Of a stretch of DNA of 64,000 bases, positions 11,020 through 18,884 are shown one piece after another; the stretch's first letter is position 1; the number at the start of each line of letters is the position of its first letter. The notes beneath the pieces are model-generated. The model was given only the letters and a program-made list of their open reading frames with translations. It did not search any database and was not told the DNA's origin. The stretch is from Patescibacteria group bacterium (lineage in GTDB: Bacteria; Patescibacteriota; Patescibacteriia; JAHJFT01). The translations under genes were made by a program, and so were the position numbers. The stretch spans positions 231,397-295,396 of the forward strand of contig JAQTTB010000001.1 in the NCBI GenBank assembly GCA_028710985.1, in the 5' to 3' direction.

Positions 11020-11039
11020 CCTGCCTGCCGGCAGGCAGG
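11020..11039. repeat. 20-bp perfect palindrome CCTGCCTGCCGGCAGGCAGG (copy 1 of 4)
   Basis: Exact copies lie at 22348-22367 and 60981-61000, and a variant at 47295-47315. All are intergenic or at gene 3' ends. Confidence 0.85.
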
Positions 11040-11068
11040 TAAAACTTAAAATTTAAAATTTTTAATTT

Positions 11069-11129
11069 GGAGGAGTGGCCGACCCCGCGCAGCGGGGCCC
11101 TGCTTCGCGGGGGTGGCTGAAAGCGCCGC
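11069..11129 (+). pseudogene. degenerate tRNA-Ser 5' fragment (nt 1-14 plus a D-loop/anticodon-stem remnant) interrupted by a 32-bp GC hairpin
   Basis: GGAGGAGTGGCCGA is identical to the first 14 nt of the intact tRNA-Ser at 11387. GGCTGAAAGCGCCGC differs by 2 nt from GGTTGAAGGCGCCGC. The insertion ccccgcgcagcggggccctgcttcgcgggggt lies between them. Confidence 0.5.
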
Positions 11130-11139
11130 AATTATAAAA

Positions 11140-11385
11140 ATGTTCACAACCTATATCTTAAAAAGTTTAAAAAATGGTAAACATTACATTGGGCATACTA
11201 ATGATATGCCGGCGCGATTAGAACGGCATAACCAGGGAAGGGTTAAGTCAACAAAAAATGGACGCCCCTGGGAATTAATTTATTCAGAAATATTTAAAAC
11301 AAAATCGGAAGCTAATCGTCGGGAATTTGAAATAAAGAGTTATAAAGGCGGGATATTATTTAAAAAACTTTTCAAACTCATTTAA
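11140..11385 (+). CDS. GIY-YIG nuclease family protein (UPF0213-like)
   Basis: YILKSLKNGKHYIGHTNDMPARLERHNQG...KSEANRREFEIKSYKGG carries the GIY-YIG core with conserved Arg/Glu/Asn residues. The ORF ends 1 nt before the tRNA-Ser. Confidence 0.85.
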   Translation: MFTTYILKSLKNGKHYIGHTNDMPARLERHNQGRVKSTKNGRPWELIYSEIFKTKSEANRREFEIKSYKGGILFKKLFKLI

Positions 11386-11386
11386 C

Positions 11387-11476
11387 GGAGGAGTGGCCGA
11401 GTGGTTGAAGGCGCCGCTCTCGAAAAGCGGTATGCCCGAAAGGGTATCGTGAGTTCAAATCTCACCTCCTCCGCCA
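11387..11476 (+). tRNA. tRNA-Ser (anticodon CGA), long variable arm, CCA encoded
   Basis: GGAGGAG-TG-GCC-GAGTGGTTGAA-GGC-G-CCGCT-CTCGAAA-AGCGG-(18-nt variable arm)-GTGAG-TTCAAAT-CTCAC-CTCCTCC-G-CCA. Confidence 0.9.
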
Positions 11477-11487
11477 ACCAAAATATT

Positions 11488-11931
11488 ATGCAAATTTCAA
11501 AAAATGATGTCCAATACAATATATTGAATGAAGAATTTTTGCTTGCACAGCGGCAAATGGACAAATACGACCAGCTTTCAACTACCATTAAAACCTGGGC
11601 AGTTACGCTGTGGGTAGCCGCGTCCGGCTGGGTGTTCCAAACGGAAACGAAACAGGTCGCCCTCTTAGGAGCGCTGCTAGTACTCATCTTCTGGTTCTTT
11701 GACAGCTACAATAAAGTTTATCGTACCAACTACAAGAAACGCCGTGACGAAATCCAAAATGGCTTACAAATTCTTTTTTTCGGCCGTCCCTTACCCACGG
11801 ATTTTTTATCCCCCAACCTTCCGATTCATGACGAAAAAAATGTCGTTCGAAGCATGTTTCTTCTACACGTTGGATTGCCTTACGCAATACTTATCATCAT
11901 TTCACTTCTGATCTATGCTAATTTCAATTAA
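11488..11931 (+). CDS. small hypothetical membrane protein (3 predicted TM helices)
   Basis: The start is placed at MQISKNDV, just after the tRNA. The ORF-track version (11401) overlaps the tRNA. It is bounded by copies of the tRNA-Ser 3' end. Confidence 0.45.
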   Translation: MQISKNDVQYNILNEEFLLAQRQMDKYDQLSTTIKTWAVTLWVAASGWVFQTETKQVALLGALLVLIFWFFDSYNKVYRTNYKKRRDEIQNGLQILFFGRPLPTDFLSPNLPIHDEKNVVRSMFLLHVGLPYAILIIISLLIYANFN

Positions 11932-11954
11932 AGACGACGGGGACAAAATCGCTT

Positions 11955-12033
11955 TCACCTCCTCCGCCAACCAAAATATTCAAAATTTTAAGTCGACGTA
12001 GCGGAGCGAAGTCGCTCTCACCTCCTCCGCCAA
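11955..12033 (+). repeat. two extra copies of the tRNA-Ser 3' end plus flank (att-like direct repeats)
   Basis: TCACCTCCTCCGCCAACCAAAATATT at 11955-11980 equals 11462-11487 (tRNA 3' end + CCA + 11 nt flank). A shorter copy, TCACCTCCTCCGCCAA, lies at 12018-12033. Confidence 0.75.
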
Positions 12034-12167
12034 ATTAACAAGTTAGAACCTAAGTAAAATAAGGGTATTTGGACAGCGAAAAGCCGATTTCGTCAGGAAG
12101 TCGGTTTTTTGTATTATTTTTTAACAGGGTGTACAATATAATCAATATATTTTAGTAAAGATAAATT

Positions 12168-12365
12168 ATGCCTACAATCAGTAAAAACATTCGCAAATTA
12201 AGAGAACAAAAAGGTATATCGCAAGATAGGCTTTCAAAACTGGCAAATATCTCTTTGAATACAATCGCAAAACTGGAACTCGACGAAACTCAAAATCCAA
12301 CCATTGAAACTTTGCAGAAAATTGCAAAAGCCCTAGATGTCAAAGTTGAGGATTTAATAAAATAA
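12168..12365 (+). CDS. XRE-family helix-turn-helix transcriptional regulator
   Basis: A 65-aa protein, IRKLREQKGISQDRLSKLANISLNTIAKLE, with a classic Cro/C1-type HTH. Confidence 0.75.
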   Translation: MPTISKNIRKLREQKGISQDRLSKLANISLNTIAKLELDETQNPTIETLQKIAKALDVKVEDLIK

Positions 12366-12369
12366 ATTT

Positions 12370-13488
12370 ATGGCCAGAGAAGCATCAATTAAAAATCTTA
12401 CAAATGCGAAAAGGGCAAAGAACGATGAGTTTTATACTCAGTACATCGATATTCAGAAAGAAATTGAAAAGTATTTAGATTACAACCCTAATACATTCCG
12501 AGCTAAGGTGGTGTATTGCAACTGCGACGATCCGTTCGAGAGCAATTTTTTTCGTTATTTTGTACTCAATTTCAACAAGCTTGGATTGCAACAGCTAATT
12601 ACAACGAGCTACAAACCATCGCCCGTCGCCAACACGCAACTGGGATTATTCGGTGATGACAAAACACTTGCAAAAACAAAAGGCCGTTCAAAGGTAACTG
12701 CCAATAAATTTATTATCAATGAAGTGAAAGATATAGACGGCGATGGAGAGTTCAATCTAAAAGATGTTGCCAAACAGTTAAAGGCAAACAAAAACAACGA
12801 ATGGATGCCCCTTGAGAAAGATGGTGACTTCAGAAGTCCCGAATGCATAGCATTACTGGAACAGTCTGATATCGCGGTAACCAATCCGCCGTTTAGTTTG
12901 TTTCGTGAGTATGTTAAACAACTTTTTGATTACCAAAAAAAGTTTTTGATTATTGGCAATATTAATTGCATAACTTACAAGGAGGTATTTCAAAAAATTA
13001 AAAATAATGAAATATGGCTTGGTAATGGAATGGGAAGATGGATTTCTGGTTTTATTGTACCTGAATCCTACAACTTGTACGGAACGGAGGCTCGGATAGA
13101 TGAAGATGGAAATAGAATTGTTGCCACCAATAATTGTTTGTGGCTTACCAATCTTGACCATGGTCGCCGTCACCAACCGTTGCCACTTATGACAATGAAA
13201 GAAAATTTGAAATACAGCAGACACAAAGAAATCAAAGGCAAAAAAGCGTATGAAAAATACGATAATTATGATGCGATAGAAGTATCTTTTACCGATGCGA
13301 TTCCAAGCGATTATAAAGGTGCAATGGGTGTGCCAATAAGTTTTTTGGATAAGTACAATCCTGAACAATTTGAGATATTAGGAATGGACGATCACAGGAT
13401 GCAATATCCTAATTGGAGAGGCAGAGGCCCTGACTTGAATGGAAAGCCCGCTTATAGAAGAGTTATCATCAGGCATAAGAAAAAATAA
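12370..13488 (+). CDS. N6-adenine DNA methyltransferase (NPPF motif IV; tentatively EcoRI-methylase-like family)
   Basis: DIAVTNPPF is the (D/N)PP(F/Y) catalytic motif. The N-terminal NDEFYTQ and [15 protein letters not shown] resemble the M.EcoRI family, but I am recalling this from memory and have not verified it. Confidence 0.75.
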   Translation: MAREASIKNLTNAKRAKNDEFYTQYIDIQKEIEKYLDYNPNTFRAKVVYCNCDDPFESNFFRYFVLNFNKLGLQQLITTSYKPSPVANTQLGLFGDDKTLAKTKGRSKVTANKFIINEVKDIDGDGEFNLKDVAKQLKANKNNEWMPLEKDGDFRSPECIALLEQSDIAVTNPPFSLFREYVKQLFDYQKKFLIIGNINCITYKEVFQKIKNNEIWLGNGMGRWISGFIVPESYNLYGTEARIDEDGNRIVATNNCLWLTNLDHGRRHQPLPLMTMKENLKYSRHKEIKGKKAYEKYDNYDAIEVSFTDAIPSDYKGAMGVPISFLDKYNPEQFEILGMDDHRMQYPNWRGRGPDLNGKPAYRRVIIRHKKK

Positions 13489-13489
13489 T

Positions 13490-14659
13490 ATGAATACAAC
13501 TTTAAAAACCAATATCACTGTTAAAGAAATCTGCGACGGCTTTGTCTATAACGAACTTGAAGGCAAGGGTTTGTTTGGCTTGTCTGGCAAGCTCACTATT
13601 CAGCCGGAATATCAGCGAAATTATATTTATGCATCCGATGGCGGCAAAAGAGAGATGGCTGTAATTGAATCAGTCCTAAAAGAATATCCAATAGGATTGA
13701 TTTATTTCAATAAAGTTTCTACCGAAAACCTAGAAGTTTTAGACGGACAGCAACGCATCACAAGTCTCGGACGATTTATCACCGACAAATTTGCCATCAA
13801 GGACGAAAATGGCATGGAGCAATATTTTGGCGGTATGGCAAAAGACAAGCAAACCAAAATTTTGGAAACGAAACTTCTCATTTACGAGTGCGAGGGCACA
13901 GAAAGCCAGATAAAAGAATGGTTTAGGACCATAAATATTGCCGGCGTTCCGCTCAATAATCAAGAATTACTCAATGCCGTGTATTCTGGCCCATTCGTGA
14001 CTAGGGCTAAAGAGGAATTCAGTAATAGCCAAAACGCCAATATTCAAAAATGGAGTGCATATGTATCGGGTAGTGCAAACAGGCAGGAATTTTTGGAATG
14101 TGCTCTTGATTGGGTAAGCAGAGGCAATATCGGCGACTACATGAGCAAGCATCGCAAAGACAAAAACATCGATGTGTTGAAAAAATATTTCAACACAGTC
14201 ATTCATTGGGTATCTAGCGTATTTACCGATGTAGAAAGCGAAATGCGCGGGCTTAAATGGGGACGATTGTACGAGGAATATCACAAAGAGAAATATAATC
14301 CAACCAAAGTATCCGCTGAGGTGCGTGAGCTCTATGGTGACTTTTTTGTTAAAGATAAAAAGGGAATTTTTGAGTACATTTTAGGTGGTAAAAACGATAC
14401 AAAATTGCTTAATATTCACATTTTTGACGAACCAACTAAAAGAGCTATTTACGCAAAACAAACTAAGGAAGCTGAAACCAAAGAGAAATCAAACTGTCCA
14501 CATTGCGCTATTGGGCACGACGCTAATAAGGAAAAGATTTGGAGTTTCGGCGAAATGGAAGCGGATCATGTATCAGCGTGGAGCAAGAGTGGCGCGACTT
14601 CAGCGAAGAATTGTGAGATGTTGTGCAAAACCCACAATCGAGCGAAGGGAAATCGATAA
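13490..14659 (+). CDS. DUF262 (ParB-like, DGQQR) N-terminal domain fused to a C-terminal HNH (DUF1524-like) nuclease; GmrSD/SspE-like architecture
   Basis: [17 protein letters not shown] is the DUF262 signature. The C-terminus (CPHCAIGHD...[32 protein letters not shown]) is an HNH motif. The start is set at MNTTLK, 2 nt after the MTase stop. Confidence 0.8.
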   Translation: MNTTLKTNITVKEICDGFVYNELEGKGLFGLSGKLTIQPEYQRNYIYASDGGKREMAVIESVLKEYPIGLIYFNKVSTENLEVLDGQQRITSLGRFITDKFAIKDENGMEQYFGGMAKDKQTKILETKLLIYECEGTESQIKEWFRTINIAGVPLNNQELLNAVYSGPFVTRAKEEFSNSQNANIQKWSAYVSGSANRQEFLECALDWVSRGNIGDYMSKHRKDKNIDVLKKYFNTVIHWVSSVFTDVESEMRGLKWGRLYEEYHKEKYNPTKVSAEVRELYGDFFVKDKKGIFEYILGGKNDTKLLNIHIFDEPTKRAIYAKQTKEAETKEKSNCPHCAIGHDANKEKIWSFGEMEADHVSAWSKSGATSAKNCEMLCKTHNRAKGNR

Positions 14660-14665
14660 AATAAT

Positions 14666-14860
14666 ATGGCAAATCAAACAGACAATAAAATAATGAGTGT
14701 GCCAGAGCAAATATTCGACCAGTTTCTAACGGAATTGGGAGAACAAAAAATACCGGAAGAAGTTATCGCTCGCTTAAGAAAAACTCTTGTAGACAATGGG
14801 CAGATCTCGGTTGATGCTCTCAAACAAGCATTGTTTTACAGTGATAGCACAGATGTATGA
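14666..14860 (+). CDS. small hypothetical protein (64 aa), translationally coupled to the downstream ATPase
   Basis: Its stop overlaps the ATG of the next gene (ATGA at 14857-14860). It is acidic with no known domain. Confidence 0.4.
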   Translation: MANQTDNKIMSVPEQIFDQFLTELGEQKIPEEVIARLRKTLVDNGQISVDALKQALFYSDSTDV

Positions 14861-17331
14861 TTAAGATTGACACAATAAAAATTGAAGAGTTTCGTGGCAT
14901 ACGCAACTTGACACTGGAGTTTAACGGAAAAAATTACGCTGTATGCGGACCAAACGGAACAGGTAAAAGTGGAGTGGTCGATGCTCTAGAGTTTGCTCTT
15001 ACAGGGAATATATCGCGCTTGTCTGGCGAAGGTATGGGTAATGTTTCCGTCAAAGAACACGCACCACATGTCGATAGTAAAAATAATCCCGAAAAAGCTC
15101 GCATAAACATTACATTTAAAATACCAACACTTGAAAATAAGCAAGTGACGCTCGCGAGGACAGTCAAAAATTCTACAACGCCAAGTATAAATCCATCATC
15201 ACCGGAAATACTTGAGATACTTTCACAATTTGATGGGCATCCTGAGTTTGTATTATCTCGACGCGAGATTATTCGGTATGTCATTTCAAAACCGGGCGAC
15301 AGATCAGCGGAAGTTCAGGCACTATTGCGTCTCGATAAAATTGGCGATTTACGGAGCAGTCTACTGACCATATCAAACACATACAGCAAAGAGTCAAAGG
15401 ATTCAAAAAAAGTTCAGGATCAAGCAAGCGAAAGTTTAGCACAAGGTTTGGAAATAACTGATTTGGTTAAAGCAAAGATTTTAGAAGCGGTAAATACAAG
15501 ACGCACTGTTCTCGGCTTAACGTCACTTACGGATTTAACAGCCACGACAGCTTTAAATGATGGATTAGAAACAAGTGTAAAATCTCCGGCTGTGCCGAAA
15601 GTGAATAAGGTTTCGGCAACAGCTGATCTAAAGACTTGGCGAGAGGTATCGCAAAAAATGACGGCTGAAAGTGTGCGGTCGGAGTGTTCAGAGTTGAAAG
15701 ATCAATTAACTGTTTTGAGTAGTAATCCTATTGTTACTGAGAGTGTAACGCGCGAGAAATTTTTACGCTCGGCGATAGATTTTGTAACGGAAGAAGCTTG
15801 TCCCGTTTGTGATACAAAATGGGACATATCTACATTGCAGGGTATTATCCGCTCGAAACTTGAAGGATTTGAAGAAATCACAAAGATGCGCGCTAGCCTT
15901 GAAAATCGGTTGGAACCAATTATAACTCTTGTCGACTCGCTTGATAACGCAACCGCTTTAGCTGAAAAATTAACGAAAGTCTTGACAACTGAACATACGG
16001 CAGGTCTTGCAGCTTATCGAGCAACATTATCGTCATACCGCAAGGCATTGAAAGATTTTTTGCCATTGACGGAAGCTATACCAGCAATTGTAAATATCAC
16101 AGAAATTCCTGCTGACGTAACATCTGCAATTGAAGCGATAGAAAAAGCTGTCGCAATTATTCCAGAGCCAACACAACAAGATGCGGCACGAGATTTTATT
16201 GTGCGAGCACAAGATCGCCTTGAGGCATACAGAAAAGTAGCTCGCGAAGCAGATAAGGCAAAGCAGCGGGCTGATTTATCAAAGAAGGTTTACGACACAT
16301 ATGTAGATATCAGCACCAAAGCGTTGGAGGGTGTTTATAAAGATGTAGAAGGCGAGTTCTCTAAACTGTATCGCTCGGTGAACGGCGAAGACGAGAATAG
16401 TTTTACAGCAAAGCTGGTTCCGTCTATTGGCAAATTAGGTTTTGATGTTGATTTTTATGGACGAGGGCATTTCCCTCCTGGCGCGTATCACAGTGAGGGA
16501 CACCAAGACGCGATGGGGCTTTGTTTGTATCTAGCACTAATGAGAAAACTCCAAGGCACTAATTTCAGATTTGCCGTACTCGACGATGTGCTCATGTCTG
16601 TTGATTCGAATCACCGCCGAGAAGTGTGTAATCTTCTTAAGCAACAATTTCAAGACACTCAATTTATCCTTACAACGCATGATGAAGTATGGTTAAAACA
16701 AATGACGACTGTTGGGCTTATCGCATCAGGAAACGCAACACGCTTTAGCAATTGGACTCCCGACCATGGTCCTGCGGAATGGAAAACGCGCGACGTGTGG
16801 ACTGAAATAGACACTGCTTTGAATGCAAACGATGTTCAATCAGCGGCCAGTCGCCTTCGGTATTATCTGGAGTATGTTTTTAGAGAAGTATGTGACAGCT
16901 TGCGAGCACAAGTTGAGTTTAAGGGTGATGGACGCTATGGGCTTGGGGATACCCTAGCTCCGGCCGTGGCACGCTTTCGTAAGCTTATGGTTGAAGGTAA
17001 AGAGGTTGCGGAATCACGGAGCCAAACTGATGTTGCAAAAGCTCTCCAATTGCAAGAAAAGAACCTTGCAGATTCTTTAGTCGCGACCAACGCTGAACAA
17101 TGGCAGGTTAATCCGGCTATTCACTATAACGAATGGGCGAATCTTTCGGTTAATGATTTTAATCCCGTGGTTGCTACTTTTCGTAATTTGGTGCAAAAAT
17201 TCTTTTGTGAAAAGCCAGAGTGTAGTAGTTTTGTATATTTAACTACGACGCCACCAAAAACGCCGGATGCAGTTCGCTGTAATTGTGGATTGATAAATAT
17301 AAACCTAAAGAAACCGGCGCAGAAAGATTAA
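14857..17331 (+). CDS. SMC/Rad50-like ABC ATPase (AAA_15/AAA_23-type head, long coiled coil, putative CxxC zinc hook)
   Basis: The N-terminal Walker A is GPNGTGKSGVVDALEFAL. The C-terminal Walker B and D-loop are FAVLDDVLMSVD and ILTTHDE. About 450 aa of predicted coiled coil lie between them, carrying CPVCDTKW near the middle. A C-terminal Cys cluster (CEKPECSS...VRCNCG) follows. Confidence 0.8.
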   Translation: MIKIDTIKIEEFRGIRNLTLEFNGKNYAVCGPNGTGKSGVVDALEFALTGNISRLSGEGMGNVSVKEHAPHVDSKNNPEKARINITFKIPTLENKQVTLARTVKNSTTPSINPSSPEILEILSQFDGHPEFVLSRREIIRYVISKPGDRSAEVQALLRLDKIGDLRSSLLTISNTYSKESKDSKKVQDQASESLAQGLEITDLVKAKILEAVNTRRTVLGLTSLTDLTATTALNDGLETSVKSPAVPKVNKVSATADLKTWREVSQKMTAESVRSECSELKDQLTVLSSNPIVTESVTREKFLRSAIDFVTEEACPVCDTKWDISTLQGIIRSKLEGFEEITKMRASLENRLEPIITLVDSLDNATALAEKLTKVLTTEHTAGLAAYRATLSSYRKALKDFLPLTEAIPAIVNITEIPADVTSAIEAIEKAVAIIPEPTQQDAARDFIVRAQDRLEAYRKVAREADKAKQRADLSKKVYDTYVDISTKALEGVYKDVEGEFSKLYRSVNGEDENSFTAKLVPSIGKLGFDVDFYGRGHFPPGAYHSEGHQDAMGLCLYLALMRKLQGTNFRFAVLDDVLMSVDSNHRREVCNLLKQQFQDTQFILTTHDEVWLKQMTTVGLIASGNATRFSNWTPDHGPAEWKTRDVWTEIDTALNANDVQSAASRLRYYLEYVFREVCDSLRAQVEFKGDGRYGLGDTLAPAVARFRKLMVEGKEVAESRSQTDVAKALQLQEKNLADSLVATNAEQWQVNPAIHYNEWANLSVNDFNPVVATFRNLVQKFFCEKPECSSFVYLTTTPPKTPDAVRCNCGLININLKKPAQKD

Positions 17332-17441
17332 ATCTGCTCGGATAAACCTAGCAATTGTTGTTTACTAAAAAGAGAGCCGCCCGCGTCAGCGGACGGGCTT
17401 GTATGCGCGCTAATAGGGATTTTATATAGAATAATCCACCT

Positions 17442-17612
17442 CATCTTTGCCTTTGACCGACTTAGGTTTAGGCGTCTCAAACCACTCCGGATGAACTTCG
17501 TAGATAGCCCTTAATTCCTGTATACTTTTATCAAGATCCTCGAATTTGAGCCATTTTCTTGGTTCAAAGTTCCGGAGATCGTGCCCGCCAAATTATAAAA
17601 AACTAATTACCA
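17442..17612 (-). pseudogene. start-less ORF remnant (...RNFEPRKWLKFEDLDKSIQELRAIYEVHPEWFETPKPKSVKGKDEVDYSI*), a possible gene fragment at the island boundary
   Basis: The open reading frame on the minus strand has no start codon and runs into the 5' region of the 17616 gene. It is too short for the ORF track. Confidence 0.3.
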
Positions 17613-17615
17613 AAT

Positions 17616-18101
17616 ATGTCAGATCAAGAAATTAAATCAACCGGCTGTTGCGAGCCGTTCAATCCCGAACCGTGGCATGAAAAAGAAATTGTCTGGAAAG
17701 ATAAAATTTTTGTCAAAGACTATGTTACGAGTTTTTTGCACATTCCGCTCAATATGGGGAAAAAAATCATAAAAAATATAGCGCTGATTGAAAAAGCCGG
17801 CGCTAAATCCCCGTATCAGCTCATGCTCTGCGACGAAAAATCTCTTTGGGGTTCTGACATTTATATTGATGTTGCGAAAGATGTCCCCGGCGCGCAGATG
17901 GCAAAAATTTCCGGCACTTTCCTAACGAAAGTTTTTGAAGGTCCGTATCAAAACGCCGGCAAATGGGCGGTTGAAATGAATGAATATGTGAAAAACAAAG
18001 ACAAAGAAATTAAAAAATTATATTTTTCTTACACCACCTGCCCAAAGTGCGCCAAGGCTTACGGCAAAAACTACGTGGTGCTCTTCGCGCAGATTGACTA
18101 A
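17616..18101 (+). CDS. hypothetical protein with N-terminal CC and C-terminal CPKC Cys pairs
   Basis: A 161-aa ORF with no confident family assignment. Confidence 0.5.
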   Translation: MSDQEIKSTGCCEPFNPEPWHEKEIVWKDKIFVKDYVTSFLHIPLNMGKKIIKNIALIEKAGAKSPYQLMLCDEKSLWGSDIYIDVAKDVPGAQMAKISGTFLTKVFEGPYQNAGKWAVEMNEYVKNKDKEIKKLYFSYTTCPKCAKAYGKNYVVLFAQID

Positions 18102-18182
18102 AGAACATACAGGACAGCATGCAAATGCAGGAATTTATTCGTCTTTTATCGGACGATTTTTTATTTGCGCTAAACCACGCCC

Positions 18183-18220
18183 TTGACAATATGTAAGGTA
18201 TACATTACAATAAGTAATGT
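18183..18220 (+). promoter_or_regulatory. sigma70-type promoter with an overlapping palindromic operator (ACATTAC-N5-GTAATGT)
   Basis: TTGACA, a 17-nt spacer, then TACAAT. The inverted repeat acattacAATAAgtaatgt overlaps the -10 and sits upstream of the DUF2178-XRE pair. Confidence 0.5.
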
Positions 18221-18238
18221 AAACTTAACTTAATCAAT

Positions 18239-18640
18239 ATGAACTACAAACAATTCAAAAGAATGCGCCTATTAACCGCCTCGTTTGTTTCGGCCACGGT
18301 GGCGATTGCGGTTGTTTATAATAACATTGTCTTGGCCCTGGCCGGAGTCGTAATCGGCCTGCTTTTTCTCCTCCTGGTCAGAAAAAAAACAAATGCGGTT
18401 ATAATTGACGAGAGAATTCAAAAAATTGGCGACCGCGCGGCTCGCCTTACTTACACGACTTTAACCCTCGCCACTGCTTTTCTTTCTTTGATTTTCATCG
18501 TGATCGGCCGGCGGATCGGCGAGGCAAATTACGAAACCCTGGGAATAATATTAAGTTATATTACCCTGTTCAGCCTTGCCCTTTATTCGCTTTCATACAA
18601 ATATTTCAGCAAAAAATATGGAGAAACAGACGACGAATAA
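18239..18640 (+). CDS. DUF2178-like small membrane protein (4 TM), usual partner of an XRE regulator
   Basis: A 133-aa protein with four hydrophobic helices, followed immediately by an HTH gene. This is a conserved two-gene arrangement. Confidence 0.55.
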   Translation: MNYKQFKRMRLLTASFVSATVAIAVVYNNIVLALAGVVIGLLFLLLVRKKTNAVIIDERIQKIGDRAARLTYTTLTLATAFLSLIFIVIGRRIGEANYETLGIILSYITLFSLALYSLSYKYFSKKYGETDDE

Positions 18641-18818
18641 AATTAAAGTTTTCCGAGCAATGCGCGAAATGACTCAGGAACAACTGGCTGATAAAGTTGG
18701 CGTTACTCGTCAAACCATAATCGCGATTGAAAAAAATAAATACGTTCCGTCCCTGGAGCTGGCATTTAAAATCGCCGGAGTTTTTGGCGAGACGATTGAG
18801 AACGTCTTTCAACGTTAA
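18618..18818 (+). CDS. XRE-family HTH transcriptional regulator
   Basis: MEKQTTNKIKVFRAMREMTQEQLADKVGVTRQTIIAIEKNKYVPSLELAFKIAGVF. The start is moved to the internal ATG. Confidence 0.8.
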   Translation: MEKQTTNKIKVFRAMREMTQEQLADKVGVTRQTIIAIEKNKYVPSLELAFKIAGVFGETIENVFQR

Positions 18819-18884
18819 GTATTCTTACCTCTATTGAAAAATTTTTTGCCCTCTGATAACATCCCCGTAGAGAAGGAGGATGCC

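Noticed and set aside
11069-11476. A group I intron in the tRNA anticodon loop encoding a GIY-YIG homing endonuclease
   Set aside because: The downstream tRNA is complete with its own 5' half. It is not just a 3' exon, so the layout is duplication plus insertion rather than a split-exon intron. I also saw no group I core (P7) elements.
14385-14693. ORF 14385..14693 overlapping the 3' end of the DUF262-HNH gene
   Set aside because: It is out-of-frame overlap with the HNH motif region and is Lys/Arg-rich with low complexity.
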